Part shown: positions 36,813 to 50,799 of the stretch, in pieces
How positions within the stretch are numbered: position 1 is the first letter of the stretch
Layout: the number at the start of each line of letters is the position of its first letter
From: Octopus bimaculoides
Lineage: Eukaryota
Direction: 5' to 3'
Assembly (NCBI RefSeq): GCF_001194135.2
Contig: NC_069009.1
Span: forward strand, 10,240,530 to 10,301,954
Length of the DNA: 61,425 nucleotides
Translations under genes and position numbers: made by a program
The notes under the pieces: generated by a model
Databases searched by the model: none
The model's input: the letters and a program-made list of their open reading frames with translations, nothing else
What the model was told of the DNA's origin: nothing

Positions 36813-38190
36813 AGTAACGTATTTTTCTGTAATAAATAGATAATTTATCCTACTCACGCTATATATAGCATTATCACGCGTTTGAGAAATAAATTTGTTT
36901 CTGTGTCTTATAAACAACTTATCAAATTCATACGGTTCCTTGCAAAGAAACATTCTTTTTTAACAGAAGAGGCCCAGTTGTTAAAGAGGCCCAATATATA
37001 TTTTCTTTTATTAATAACTATTGTTTAAATTAAAACACTCATATTCAGACTTTACCGGGTTAAAATATCCTTTATTTTACTTCCTATCACTCACTACCGT
37101 ATCTATGATACCATATTGCATTTGGGAGTAAAATTATATTAAAATAATACTGTTTATTTAATATAAATAGAAAACATTATTGTCAGTAAAATGCTTCTCC
37201 ATTCAAATAAAGTTTTTGGAGTATAACACGAAAATTATTTAGGAAGGAAGTTATAATTATATAAAGACATAGATTTGATCAACAACACGATTACCATTAT
37301 GATGGCATACATGCAGTAAGATCACAAAAGAATATACTTAGATACATGAAAGAATGTGTATAACATTCAGGATACATATACTCGTGTAATCTATGATGGT
37401 GTGAGGAGACATTTTCTTTTATAGTTTGTGTATATACGTATTTCTAGTATAATAACTATCATGTTATTACTGACACATGAAAATACATGTGAAATATCTT
37501 AGATGGAACAAATATCATACTATAATTCGCCTTATGTCTATTCGTCCCTCTGTCCGTGACATTTTCACGGCCGAACAGCTGGCCACACTTGCACGAAACT
37601 TAGCAGACTTACTAAGGACGATTCAAGAATGGTTTATATCATGTTTTAAAAAAATTATTTGAAACACTTGCTACACTTCTTCGATTCGTACGAAACTAAG
37701 GAAGAAGCCATTTCCGTATATATAAATAAAAATACACAAATAAAAATAAATTATACGAAAATTGGCCACAGTAAGAAAACAGAAACAAAAACCTAAATGG
37801 CATTTATGAAAGTTCAAACAGTACTTTCTATTCTTCTTTCATTATTATCTCTACAACGGTTCTTGGTGTTGATGGGGTGTGCGACACAAAAAGTATGTGA
37901 GATACACACAGAGATACATAGACAGAGAGAGAAAGACACAGACACATAGAGAGAGAAAGACACAGACACACAGAAACAATAAGTGTGTGAGACACACAGA
38001 CAGACAAAGACAAAGACAGAGAAAAAACATAGACACACAGAAAAAGAGAGAAAGGCAGAGAATGTTTGTGTCTGTGTGTGTTTACTTTTACTCCATCAAC
38101 ACATTGATGGGGGATGTAAAGCAGAAAGTGTGTGTGTGTGTGTGAAAGAGAGAGAGAAAGATTGACACAGATGGGATAAGGAAATGAAAA

Positions 38191-38423
38191 CAGTAATCTC
38201 TAAATTCAGTTTCAAATTCTGGAACAAGGACAGTATTTGGTGTATGGGAGGAGCAGTTGAATACAATGAACCTAATGTTTGATTGGTGCTTTATTTATCT
38301 GCCCTAAAAAGGATAAAAGGACAAGCTGACATCAGTAGAATTTGAACTCAAGATGTAAAGAACTTAAATAAATAGATTTAAGTATTTTGCATATCACCGA
38401 AACGATTCCGCCAGCTTGCTTCC
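38191..38423 (-). mobile_element. tRNA-derived SINE inside a block duplicated at about 49230-49950
   Basis: aggataaaaggacaag...gaatttgaactcaag...aacgattccgccagcttgc. Confidence 0.7.
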
Positions 38424-39367
38424 TTCTGTAAATTATACCTTTGCATACCTTTTACCTTTTTATCTTTTGCTTGGAGTATGGTCATGCTGGAGCAACGCCC
38501 TCAGCTATGGCATACTCTACTTGTTCAGACCAGTCAGGTGATATTTCTACATTTCCTCATTATTGTTGATTAAATTTTAATAAACCCTGCTCTGTCAAAC
38601 TCTTCTAATTAACTACGCTGATTTTCTCTTACTTTAAATGAATTTACTTTATTTCACGTACAACAGTTGTTCCTTCTGAAGTACATTTTACGGAGATTTA
38701 AGATTCTCAAATTTATCCATGACATAAGTGGCCAGATCACACGGAAGAATGTCCCAACATATATAAGCTTACTGCAAAGAGAATCAACCCCATAATGCCT
38801 GTTATCAAATGTCAGTTACAGTTGATTTACGTTACTGCAACAACAAAAATTGCCAACATTTTATAAAGAATATTGTTATAATTGTGTGTCTGGTCGTTGG
38901 CAAAGACAAATACGAAAATATATCAAGATGTCATTACGGCAAAAACCGGAAAGAAGACAACAGCTCCCACCACAGGCATATATATANNNNNNNNNNNNNN
39001 NNNNNNNNNNNNNNNNNNNNNNNNNNNNNNNNNNNNNNNNNNNNNNNNNNNNNNNNNNNNNNNNNNNNNNNNNNNNNNNNNNNNNNNNNNNNNNNNNNNN
39101 NNNNNNNNNNNNNNNNNNNNNNNNNNNNNNNNNNNNNNNNNNNNNNNNNNNNNNNNNNNNNNNNNNNNNNNNNNNNNNNNNNNNNNNNNNNNNNNNNNNN
39201 NNNNNNNNNNNNNNNNNNNNNNNNNNNNNNNATATAAGGCATTCAAATTTTATAAATTTAGACCAAAGAAGGTAACTCGCATAACATCCATTTTTCCTTT
39301 ATACATATGGCTTTTCAGAACTGTACATCATCATCATCAGCATCATCATCATCATCACCATCATCAC

Positions 39368-39400
<33 letters not shown>

Positions 39401-39419
39401 GTCGTGATTTGATTGTTGC

Positions 39420-40140
39420 GCAGATTGCCGTGACTCATTCTCCCCAGTCCGTTCGATCCACCGTTGCACGTGGTAGGTCCTTTTAGGTGCACAGTTGCTT
39501 TATGTGGGTTCCATGAGGACTATCAGCATTTGCGTACCAATGCTTCGGTTTCCAGACAAGAACATCGCTGATCATCTCATTCTTTTCTCTCCAGCATTGT
39601 CTTGTGAATCGTAACAGAGAATTTCTTTCGTATGATATTATCTGCAGAAGATGTCCAGAGCAGCTCGGAGAATTCTTGTTTAAATTCCGTTAATTGTTTT
39701 TTCAAGACGCTTTGTTAGAGTCCATGTTGTACATCCATATAACGCATTTGACTGCACAACCGCCGGAAAGAAATTGCCTTTCAAATTAAATGGAAAACTA
39801 GGTTTCCTGACCATTGATAATTTATTTAACACTGCCCGGGATTTGAAGATTCGGACATGAGCTTCACATGCGGATAGATCTTCCTTTGCGATTTTACTTC
39901 CACGGTATGTGAATAATTCAACATTTTTCAATGATTTTCCATATGCGGAGTTAATGTTAGCGTAGAGTTAACGTAGAGACCAACACCTGTAACAGCATTT
40001 TCAAGGATGTACAAGAGAGACTCTGCATTACAAACTTCATCTGCTGCTTGAGTGAAGTTAGCATAGTCAGTATCTGAGATGGTCACAGTTGGATAACGTC
40101 TGTTTTTCGCTGTTTGAAGTGTGAATACTTTGTCCGTCAC
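39420..40140 (-). mobile_element. RTE-like LINE RT C-terminal fragment
   Basis: ISDTDYA (DYAD-like), VELFTYRGSKI and LYGCTTWTLTKRLEKTING. Confidence 0.75.
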
Positions 40141-40149
40141 CTCATCTAC

Positions 40150-41240
40150 AGACCATCTGCAAAGACCCAGTAGGAAAGTCTAAGTTAACAATGACTACGT
40201 TGAAGGTTGGTGTTCATCAAGACTCAGTGCTCAGTTCCCTCCTATTTATCATAATCATACAGACCGTCACAGAGTTGTTCAATACTGGCAATACATAGAA
40301 GCTCCTATAGGCTGATTATCCCGTTCTTATAGCACTGTGGATAGGAGAGTTGGAGAGGAAATTCTTGCATGTTAGCTACACCTAGAATCAAGATGTCTTA
40401 GGTAAACTTAGCTGACGACGAAGGTTTTAGTAAGATGGAAGGAGACAAGATCATGGTACCTTCAAGGAAATAACCTTGCTCAATATGCAGCAAAAGAAAT
40501 TGGTAGAAACTCCATACTCTCTACTCAATGTAAGGTATGGATTCAAATGCAGACTTGCAAAGAAATTATGCTTTATATGTGATAAATGCACTGGATTGGA
40601 AAAGGCTACGAACAGAGAAGAAACAGAATCCTTGAGAGACTGGGTAGCTCACGAGAAGTTGACAGTTTTTGCTACTAGTATACATCATCAGTAATAAAGG
40701 TGATTGCTCCGAAATTAGTGTAGCCAGAGATAGGAAAAGTTGATAAAAGTTCAGGGAAGTACTAGAGCTATTGGTTGGAGAGGGCTTTTGCCACGGAGTG
40801 AAAGGGAAATTGCTTGATGTTTGTATTAGAACTGTAACAGTGCATGGTGGTGAGACATGAGCTTTGCACACAGAGGACTTGTGAAGAATGGAAAGAAATG
40901 AAGTGAATATGCTCCGTTGGATGTGCAATGGAAATGTACACGAACGATATAGAATAAATGTGATGAAAGAAAGACAAGGCATAAGACGAATCAGATGTAG
41001 CGTGCAAGATAGAAGACTGCGCTGTTGTGGAAATATGTGTAAGGACGAAGATCGTTGGATAATGAGGTGCCCTACGACTACATGTGGCTGGAGCTTATAG
41101 AGGAGAGAAAGCCAGGAAGACATGGAACAAAGTTGTGAAGGATAATCTCAGGAGCTAGGACTCAGAGGAAATGAGCTGGGACTCAAGGACAACTGGAAAT
41201 ATATGATCCTCGAGAAATCCTACCCACCTCAGCCAAACAG
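40150..41240 (+). mobile_element. RTE LINE 3' fragment
   Basis: MERNEVNMLRWMCN...RRIRCSVQDRRLRCCG; homologous to 11730-13130. Confidence 0.8.
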
Positions 41241-42998
41241 ACTTCTGGAAGTACTGTGTCCGTGTATATCATATATATATATATANNNNNNNNNNNNNNN
41301 NNNNNNNNNNNNNNNNNNNNNNNNNNNNNNNNNNNNNNNNNNNNNNNNNNNNNNNNNNNNNNNNNNNNNNNNNNNNNNNNNNNNNNNNNNNNNNNNNNNN
41401 NNNNNNNNNNNNNNNNNNNNNNNNNNNNNNNNNNNNNNNNNNNNNNNNNNNNNNNNNNNNNNNNNNNNNNNNNNNNNNNNNNNNNNNNNNNNNNNNNNNN
41501 NNNNNNNNNNNNNNNNNNNNNNNNNNNNNNNNNNNNNNNNNNNNNNNNNNNNNNNNNNNNNNNNNNNNNNNNNNNNNNNNNNNNNNNNNNNNNNNNNNNN
41601 NNNNNNNNNNNNNNNNNNNNNNNNNNNNNNNNNNNNNNNNNNNNNNNNNNNNNNNNNNNNNNNNNNNNNNNNNNNNNNNNNNNNNNNNNNNNNNNNNNNN
41701 CCAACGAATCCTTTAATTGATTAATGAAAACATTACATCATTGTAAAGAAAACGCTTTCGTCATATGAATTCGTGAACTTCAAAATAAAAGGACATTGAA
41801 AATGATTGAATATAGTTTAAAATCCACGGAGCAAAAACATTTACATTGATCCTGTTACAATTTCAGTTTGCTGAATGAATTTACCAGAATAGTGTATATT
41901 TGGTCAGAACAGAGAAATTTAGGGGTTCACTAGAGGTTTTAGGAGGGTGAAGGAATAATTGTCTCCAGTGACCCAGTTATCCTATACTCCTAACAATAGA
42001 GGATAGTACGGTTTCAATAGTCTAGATTGATCTATTAAAGAGTTGTTTAGCGTCTACTGGTCAGTGGTAACACAATGAATTATGGTACGGTCAAGCTACT
42101 AAATTATGAAGGTCGTATGTGATGGAGGCTTTATCTTCGCAAACGGGCAAGGCAGAGGGTAGTAATGAAGTAGAGAGGGATGGGGAAGGGATGATAAGAA
42201 GAAAGAAGAGTGAAAAGAAGCTGACACCACCGTTATTAATTACCGTATTAGGTGAGGAAGTCTTTGAAAGAGAATGAAATACAGGTTACTGGGGCAGGCC
42301 CCAGACCAGGAGTGAGAATTATTGCTTGGAAATAAAAGGAACTACTGCAATTTAGCACAATTACAATATTATAGTAATAAGATAATTTCAAATATTAAAT
42401 ATGGGTGGAAAATTAAAGAACATATTAAAATTGCATGAAAAAGAGATGCATTGAGATATAAAAGTAATAACAAAATCGAAATTTTAACAAATGTAGAGCA
42501 TATGATATTAGTGTAAATATGAAGATATTTAAAATTTTTTAAAGAGATGTCAATAAAATAAAGCTAAAAATGTATTAGAACAAACGCCTCCATAGCGAGA
42601 GGATAACGATAAGATATGTTAAAACTTCAGTATTAAATATAAGGCAAATAATAAAAAAATATATAAAATATATAAAGGAATATAAAGTGCATGAAAAATA
42701 AAGTATACAACGAGATATATAAAAATATATAAATTAGGTAGTATATAAACATATATAAATTAGGTAGTATATAAAAATAATAAAAAGGTAAAATTATATG
42801 AAAAATATATAAGGTTTATTAATAAAAATGAAATATAAAAAATAAACATAGCAAAATAATAATAAAATGAAAACTAAAAACGAATATAAATGTTTATATA
42901 TTACACAAATTTAAAAAATAAATAAGGACCTGAGATTATATATGTTGTACTTGGGGGAGATTGACATTTGATTTTGTTATTACAAACCAACGTAAGAC

Positions 42999-43207
42999 GG
43001 AGAGCTGGCAGTTTCGTTAGCACGGCGGGCGAACCGCTTAACGGTATTTCTTCTGCGCTACATTCTGTGTTCAAATTCCACTGAGTTCGAGTTTGCCTTT
43101 CATCCTTTCGATAAAACAATTATCAAATGAATACTAGGTTCGATGTAATCGATTAGTCCCCTCCCCTAAAATGTCAGGCCTTGTGCCTATAGTAAAAAGG
43201 ATCATTA
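42999..43207 (+). mobile_element. tRNA-derived SINE
   Basis: gagctggcag...ttagcacggcgggcgaa...gttcaaattcc...gcctttcatcctttcg. Confidence 0.8.
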
Positions 43208-44349
43208 CTAATCAACATAAATAAAAAAATATAGTAAAAAAAACATAGACATAAATTTTTGTGTGANNNNNNNNNNATTTCTTCTGCGCTACATTCTGTG
43301 TTCAAATTCCACTGAGTTCGAGTTTGCCTTTCATCCTTTCGATAAAACAATTATCAAATGAATACTAGGTTCGATGTAATCGATTAGTCCCCTCCCCTAA
43401 AATGTCAGGCCTTGTGCCTATAGTAAAAAGGATCATTACTAATCAACATAAATAAAAAAATATAGTAAAAAAAACATAGACATAAATTTTTGTGTGAAAA
43501 GGATGAATCCATTATTCTTTTATTCCTTTACTTGTTTCAGCCATGCAGCTGTTGTCATTCTGGAGCACCATCACTAGTAATAAAAATAAAAATATGCTTT
43601 ATATTAACCATATAGGAAAGACATTTACCTTGGAAAAAGGTAGATACATATTATAATAATCTACATGGTGGAAGCCGGGCTGGTTTATTTAAGTTTAAAT
43701 AACAAAAACTAGTCTCATAATGGCCGCAATCCAGTGAATGATATAAATGAAAGATGAAGAGCAAATGCCACAACCTTGCGAGCAAAGTCCTCATTACTGT
43801 ATAACTGCGCCTCACATGCTCTCTCTCTCTCTCTCTCTCTCTCCATCTCTCTCTCTCTCTCCATCTCTCAATTTCTCACTCCTTCTCTCTTTCATACACA
43901 CACTCACAAATGCAAACAGAGACGCAAACCCGCAAGCGCAGAGCACGTCCAACACAATGTTCTACTCTTAATGGAGGCTACTCTGAAATATAAGCCCTAT
44001 ATTTCAGTTATCTCCTATAATTATTGCTATGTACTGTTTCTTATTAGTATGAATTATTTTTCCCCCTCGACGTCTTTTTTCTTCAGTCATTGGAACGCAG
44101 TCATNNNNNNNNNNNNNNNNNNNNNNNNNNNNNNNNNNNNNNNNNNNNNNNNNNNNNNNNNNNNNNNNNNNNNNNNNNNNNNNNNNNNNNNNNNNNNNNN
44201 NNNNNNNNNNNNNNNNNNNNNNNNNNNNNNNNNNNNNNNNNNNNATCAGGCACGTGTCGTCAGTAATTATTTAGGGTAGGCAGTTGGTAAAGTTTATGTA
44301 GTAAAACACACACACACAAATACACAAACATAAGCGAAACACATTTCTT

Positions 44350-45382
44350 TTCGTATGTTTTGGGTGGCAGGAGGAGAGTACAAGATATTGTTTTGAATCC
44401 GTTTGTGTGAAGATGTCAGTTTCAATTTCAGTATTTTTTTTTATGATTAAGATGTCCAGGAGGGGTAGTTGTGTGTGGCTGTATTCCATTCTGAACTGGA
44501 TACTGTGATTAATGCTGTTCATTAATGCTGTTGATTAAGCTTTTAAATTTTGAGAGTTGTTCAATGTTATGTGGCCACAGAATGAAAGAGCCAACCAGGT
44601 AGCGCTTCTAGTTGGTGAGTAAGTATTTCTGTAAGTTGTCTCCAAATTTCAGTCAAGCGTACTGGTATATTCGGAATTCCACGAATACCAAGACAATGTT
44701 GAAAAAGTAGGGGCTACCCTCATCCCTATCACCGTGTCCGATTATTGTATATAACTGTTCTCGTTAAAGTTGAAGAAGTTGTTTTGTATGATGGCGTTTG
44801 TTCCTTCAACGATGAATTCTTTTCCTATTCGGTCAGGAATGTCATTTGGTAAATTTTCCAGCCAGTATTGTATGGATATTATTCCGTATTCTTGAGGAAT
44901 CGAGGTGTTGAAGTTTATTACATCGAATGAAACCAGAATGGAGTATATGCTGGTTTTGTTTGGGAGATGGTTTAAAAAGTCAAGATCATCCCTTATAAAG
45001 CTCGGTATATGTTGCAGATTACGTTTAAGGAGGACGTCAATAAAGTTACTGAATCTGTGGGTTTCATACGAGGGACCGGCCACGATTGGTCTCATTTTGA
45101 GATCTCTCAGGTGTGAAATATTTATGACTACAGAAGGCTTCGTTTATGGCTTCATTGTTGTGCATTTGGGGGAGCCCATAAAAGTGGCTGGTTTTGTAGT
45201 CAAATCTAGTCCAGTAATCCCTCTCCTGTTCCGTTAAACCTTGTTGGAACTGGTGGATAAGGGGAGAAAGTTTAGTCATTGCCATGGATTGAGTGGAGTA
45301 GGTAGTTCAAAGTAGGTATTTCATGTTATTTCCTTTCTTTTCCAGGATGAAGAATTAACACATATGCGAAAATGTCTTTCAC
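44350..45382 (-). mobile_element. Penelope-like RT fragment, copy 1
   Basis: HFYGLPQMH, RPIVAGP, LVSFDVINFNTSIP and LPLLDILI...SCHPKHTK. Confidence 0.85.
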
Positions 45383-45803
45383 ATTCCACAAAGAGTGTCC
45401 TTCAACTTTGTACCAAAATAACACAAATTTCTGTGCAATGAACTCTTATTCCTAGTACGATATAAGATCACATACAAAAAGTGAGTCACTGCACGGAAAC
45501 CTGTCCGATATATANNNNNNNNNNNNNNNNNNNNNNNNNNNNNNNNNNNNNNNNNNNNNNNNNNNNNNNNNNNNNNNNNNNNNNNNNNNNNNNNNNNNNN
45601 NNNNNNNNNNNNNNNNNNNNNNNNNNNNNNNNNNNNNNNNNNNNNNNNNNNNNNNNNNNNNNNNNNNNNNNNNNNNNNNNNNNNNNNNNNNNNNNNNNNN
45701 NNNNNNNNNNNNNNNNNNNNNNNNNNNNNNNNNNNNNNNNNNNNNNNNNNNNNNNNNNNNNNNNNNNNNNNNNNNNNNNNNNNNNNNNNNNNNNNNNNNN
45801 NNN

Positions 45804-45850
<47 letters not shown>

Positions 45851-46346
45851 GGAGTATATATATTTATATACATATAGTGGACGAATTTTCATGCAGTTTC
45901 CGTGCATATGTATGTATGTATGTATGTGTGTATGTATGTATGCATATATGAACATACGTATACACGGATGAATATCTGTATGTACATGCATGTCTAACTG
46001 CATATATGCATTAAGTGTGTGTATGTGTGTGTGCGTGCGCGTGAGAAATTTTGTGTTTGTGCTTGTCCTCCGATCGCAGCCTGACACGAAGTTGCTTTGT
46101 TTATCGCACTATAAAGCAACGTTTAGCGATACAGGTCGGAAGCATACGAACAGATTACGAATAAATGAATAAATAAATAAATAAATAAAGACGTACAGTT
46201 AAAGCAGCGAAAATTCTTCCAGGCGGTGCCACAGCATGGCCACAATCCAATGAATGAAACAAATCCAAAATAAAGAGCAAATTGCTAGAATTTTGGATGG
46301 AAGGGTGCACTATAGAGCGTTTCTCTGTATTACTCTATCGCCCATG

Positions 46347-46384
<38 letters not shown>

Positions 46385-47049
46385 TCTTTCACGCAGACAC
46401 ACACAAACAGGCACATTGGAACGCACAGAAAGAAGCACGCACACACACACATAAACACACGGAAACAAGCACACACACAAACTAACATACAGAAACAAGC
46501 ACGCACAAGCGCACACACAAGCAATAATATGCATTTTTAACCTCAAGGGCATCCAACGGTAAAACCCAATTGGATTAAGTATACACATATATGCCAATAA
46601 AAGGTGATAAAACCTAAAAGAGTAATACGAGTGAAGTCAAATGGATTAAATTAATGCGACTAAAAATTTAAGGCAACGAAACTAAAATAATATAAAAATA
46701 CAAATAAAAATAACGAGCAAAGCGTGACTAGAAAAGTGTTCATTCAAATCCATCTCTACGAACGTTTCAAAAGACGTTACCACACTTTATTGATGTCAAA
46801 TCCATTGAGGAAATCCAAAAGCAATGACCTTTTAAAAGTCTCACAGTTCTCGTTGTCAGTCAACTTCTTTATTGCTTACAACAGGCCAACATAGAACGGA
46901 CAACACAAATAGCGGCGGGTGGGGGTGGGGTCAGAACGTCGAATGATACAACATAAAAGATAACAGTTAAATTGAAAATTTATGACAATATACTCGAATG
47001 ATTACACAATACAAACGACAACACAACGGAGTGGGGGACGGTTTCGAAT

Positions 47050-47555
47050 ACGATCCACAAGCCCCGTGCCACCACTGAAACATTTATTTACCTCTATGAT
47101 ATACACCCATGCAGATTCATTCATTCTCAACATGCGCGTTACATCCTTCCATCTTTTGACATATATATCTGGCGACAGGCATCACCATCAACCTTATTCT
47201 CCATTTAAGATGGAAAACAGAGAATTTCACCAATCCAAGGCTGGAGATGAAGATCCGTGTCGCTACTCCTTTCATTCGAGTCTTCCACAATGCCTCTTTC
47301 GCTATAGCGATTACAGCGAGAACACGAAACTTTCCTTTTTGTTCAAGAATAAAGGTGGAACAATCTTTATATTTGGCTCGGAAGACAGTTAGACTCTTCC
47401 CAGAGGTGACAGTGCCTGTTCAATGTAAACCCATATTTCCAAAATTTTCGGACACTGCACAATCACTTGCAGAAATGTTTCACTGTCCTGCTTGCATTTT
47501 GGACAAGTGTGCGTACACGAGAATACCATGCCTTGCGAGTTTATCGTGAGCTGAT
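47050..47555 (-). mobile_element. Tx1/L1-clade LINE 3' end (zinc-binding region)
   Basis: Minus frame TCPKCKQDSETFLQVIVQCPKILEIW; homologous to 59340-59715 (+). Confidence 0.6.
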
Positions 47556-47655
47556 NNNNNNNNNNNNNNNNNNNNNNNNNNNNNNNNNNNNNNNNNNNNN
47601 NNNNNNNNNNNNNNNNNNNNNNNNNNNNNNNNNNNNNNNNNNNNNNNNNNNNNNN

Positions 47656-48478
47656 GGAGGGGTAGTTGTTTGCGGTTGTATTCCATTGTGAACTGGATAC
47701 TGTGAATAATGCTGTTGATTAAGTTTTTAAATTTTGAGAGTGTTTCAAGTTTATGTAGCCACAGAATGAAACAGTCAACCAGGTGGCGTTTCTAGTTGGT
47801 GAGTAAGTAGTTCTGGAAGTTGTCTCCTTTTATTCGGACTTCAAAGTATATTTCGACAATGTTCGCAAAAGTAGGGACCCGATTTTTGTCTATAAATGTT
47901 CTCGTTAAAGTTGAAGAAGTTGTTTTGTATGATGGCGTTTGTTACTTCAACGATGAATTCTTTTCTTTGTCGGTCAGGAATGTAATTTGGGAATTTTTTC
48001 AGTCAGTATTTTATGGCTATTCGTGAAGAATCGAGGTGTAGAGGTGGTTTATTACATCGAATGTCCTTACTAGATTTGAAGTCCAGATCATCCCTTATAA
48101 AGATCGGTATATGTTGCAGAATACGTTTAAGGAAGACGTCAATAAAGTTACTGAATCTGTGGGTCTCACACCAGGGTCCACCCACAATTGGTGTCATTTT
48201 GCGTGTGGGATATTTATGACTACAGAAGGCTTCGTTTATGGCTTCACTGTTGTGCATTTGGGGGAGCCCATAAAAGTGGCTGGTTTTGTAGTCAAATCTA
48301 GTCCAGTAATCCCTCTCCTGTTCCGTTAAACCTTGTTGGAACTGGTGGATAAGGGGAGAAAGTTTAGTCATTGCCATGGATTGAGTGGAGTAGGTAGTTC
48401 AAAGTAGGTATTTCATGTTATTTCCTTTCTTTTCCAGGATGAAGAATTAACACATATGCGAAAATGTCTTTCACATTC
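47656..48478 (-). mobile_element. Penelope-like RT fragment, copy 2
   Basis: MAMTKLSPL...HFYGLPQMH...PIVGGPWCETHRFSNFID, paralleling copy 1. Confidence 0.85.
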
Positions 48479-48602
48479 NNNNNNNNNNNNNNNNNNNNNN
48501 NNNNNNNNNNNNNNNNNNNNNNNNNNNNNNNNNNNNNNNNNNNNNNNNNNNNNNNNNNNNNNNNNNNNNNNNNNNNNNNNNNNNNNNNNNNNNNNNNNNN
48601 NN

Positions 48603-48635
<33 letters not shown>

Positions 48636-48644
48636 GGGGGGGGT

Positions 48645-48860
48645 ATCGTATTTGAGGATGTGGTCTCTGTAGCCAACTTCCTAGATGTAACCTTAGACTT
48701 ACATACCAACACACTTTCCATTCCATAAGCCATCAACGAATCTTAGGTAGATAAACCCTTTTAGTAACCATCCAAGGTATATCACCAGTAATTTAGTTAA
48801 GAGTATTCTTACTTTCTGAGAATTATTATTTTCTGTTTGAAAGTCAACTGAAAAGAGAAG
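48645..48860 (+). mobile_element. Short Penelope-like RT fragment (different family)
   Basis: VANFLDVTLDL followed by an SNHP-like segment. Confidence 0.5.
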
Positions 48861-50159
48861 GAAGATCAGGAAAGCTATTCGTTCATGTGTGGTTGATTAA
48901 AACCCTACTTCTCTGTCCTTTTAAATAAGGAGCAACCAATTAACGACGTTGCTTGTGGATTAAATAAAATACTTGATCACGACAGGGATGGAACACTGAA
49001 AGATGTAGCTGACACTAACTTACCAACCGTTTTAAATGTCTACTTCATATTTGAATTAAATTAGTTGACAAGTTTCCAACCGGTTCAATGACATCGGTGT
49101 CATAAGTTGAAAGTCCCTAATATAATTTAATACATTCAGACACACCATTGAAATATATCATTTTGTCCCTTCGCTTAAACCCTACCGATGGTAGATCAAA
49201 AGAACATCGCACAGTAGAATAACAGCGTTGCCTTAATGATGAAATTAAGAAATATAAACAGTAATCTCTAAAATTTGCTTCAAAATCTGGCACAAGGAGA
49301 CAATTTGGTGGAGAGAAGGAGAAATCGATATATTTGATTGGTACTTTATTTTATCTGCCCTAAAATGGATAAAAAGACAAGGTGACGTCAGAAGAATTTG
49401 AACTTAGGATGTAAAGATCTGAAAGAAATAGATTTAAGTATTTTGCATATCACTGGAACGATTGCGCCAGCTTGCTTCCTTCTATACATTATACCTTTGC
49501 ATACCCTTTACCTTTTTATCTTTTGCTTGAAGTATGGCCATACTGGAGCAACGCTCTCAGCTATGACAAACTCTACTTGTTCAGAACAGTCAGGTCATTT
49601 TTCTACATTTCCTAATTGTTGTTGATTATATTTTAATTAATCCTGCTCAGCGAAACTCTTCTAATATATTACGCTGCTTTTCTCTTACTTTACATGAATT
49701 TACATTATTTCACATATGACAGTCAATCCTTGTGAAGTATGTTTTACGAAGATTTAAGATTTCCAATTTTTTCCCCCACAAAACCGCCCGGATGATCGCA
49801 GGGAAGAATGTCCCAACTCATATAACTTTACTGCAAAGAGAATCAACACCGAAATGTTTGTTGTCAAATGTCATTTTCTGTTAATTTACATAAAAATTCC
49901 AAACATTTAATAAAGAATATTGTTTTAATTGTGTGTTTGGTCGTTGGGANNNNNNNNNNNNNNNNNNNNNNNNNNNNNNNNNNNNNNNNNNNNNNNNNNN
50001 NNNNNNNNNNNNNNNNNNNNNNNNNNNNNNNNNNNNNNNNNNNNNNNNNTATATATATATATATATATATATCATTTTACTTGTTTCAGTCATTTGACTC
50101 TGGCCATGATGGAGCACCACTTTTAGTCGAACAAATTGAACCTAGGACTTATGATTCTG

Positions 50160-50780
50160 TATTTGGTTGTTTCCTTTCCTATTTTAGAACATGATCATCA
50201 TCTTCTTTTGTCCCTCTGTTTAAATCTATGAGTAGGGGAGATTCAATAGCTGCTGAATCACGGTCTGACAGACCATAGCTATCATATTCTCGGGCAACTG
50301 TTGGTAAATCGCTTTTCCTTCGCAGTATCTCTTCGTGTTGCACGCCAGTGTTCTCCACCAATAAACATATTCCTATGAGTTTTTTTATCAGTTAAAAATT
50401 CTCTTTCTTCTACTGGAAATTTCTCTGCCACAAACACACTCACTAAATACTTTGCATTTGCTCCAGGAAGTTTCCACAAAGTAGTCTAAATTCTTTTATC
50501 GTAACAATCACTGCCAATTCGACTAAGTGTTTTCTTTGGATTGCAATATTTCTCATACCATGACTTAATTATTGACTTTATGCTTTGAAAAGATAGGTTA
50601 GGAATGGGTGCTCTATTTCATATCTCAATAAGGGAGATTACTAGTGGTAGTTTCTCATAAGACTTTAGGTACGTGAAATTACTTAAAACATTGCTCACTT
50701 TTGGAAGAAGGTTATCTTCAAAAGGCCTGGTGGTCTCTAAAACAGGACACTCGTATGAAGATCTTGCCATTATGTTAGTA
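50160..50780 (-). mobile_element. hATm-like DNA transposase fragment
   Basis: PVEEREFLTDKKTHRNMFIGG and DLPTVAREYDSYGLSDRDSAAI recall hATm motifs (FL.DQR..R.M.IG; CDR.G.SDRAAA.I). Confidence 0.55.
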
Positions 50781-50799
50781 GCCATTACATGCAAGTATA

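Noticed and set aside
35243-39412. Poly-His, poly-YI, poly-SL and poly-HT ORFs here and elsewhere
   Set aside because: Translations of (CAT)n, (TA)n, (CT)n and (CA)n microsatellites with no coding support.
43046-43497. 221-bp tandem duplication
   Set aside because: Apparently identical copies directly flank a 10-N gap; assembly overlap artefact.
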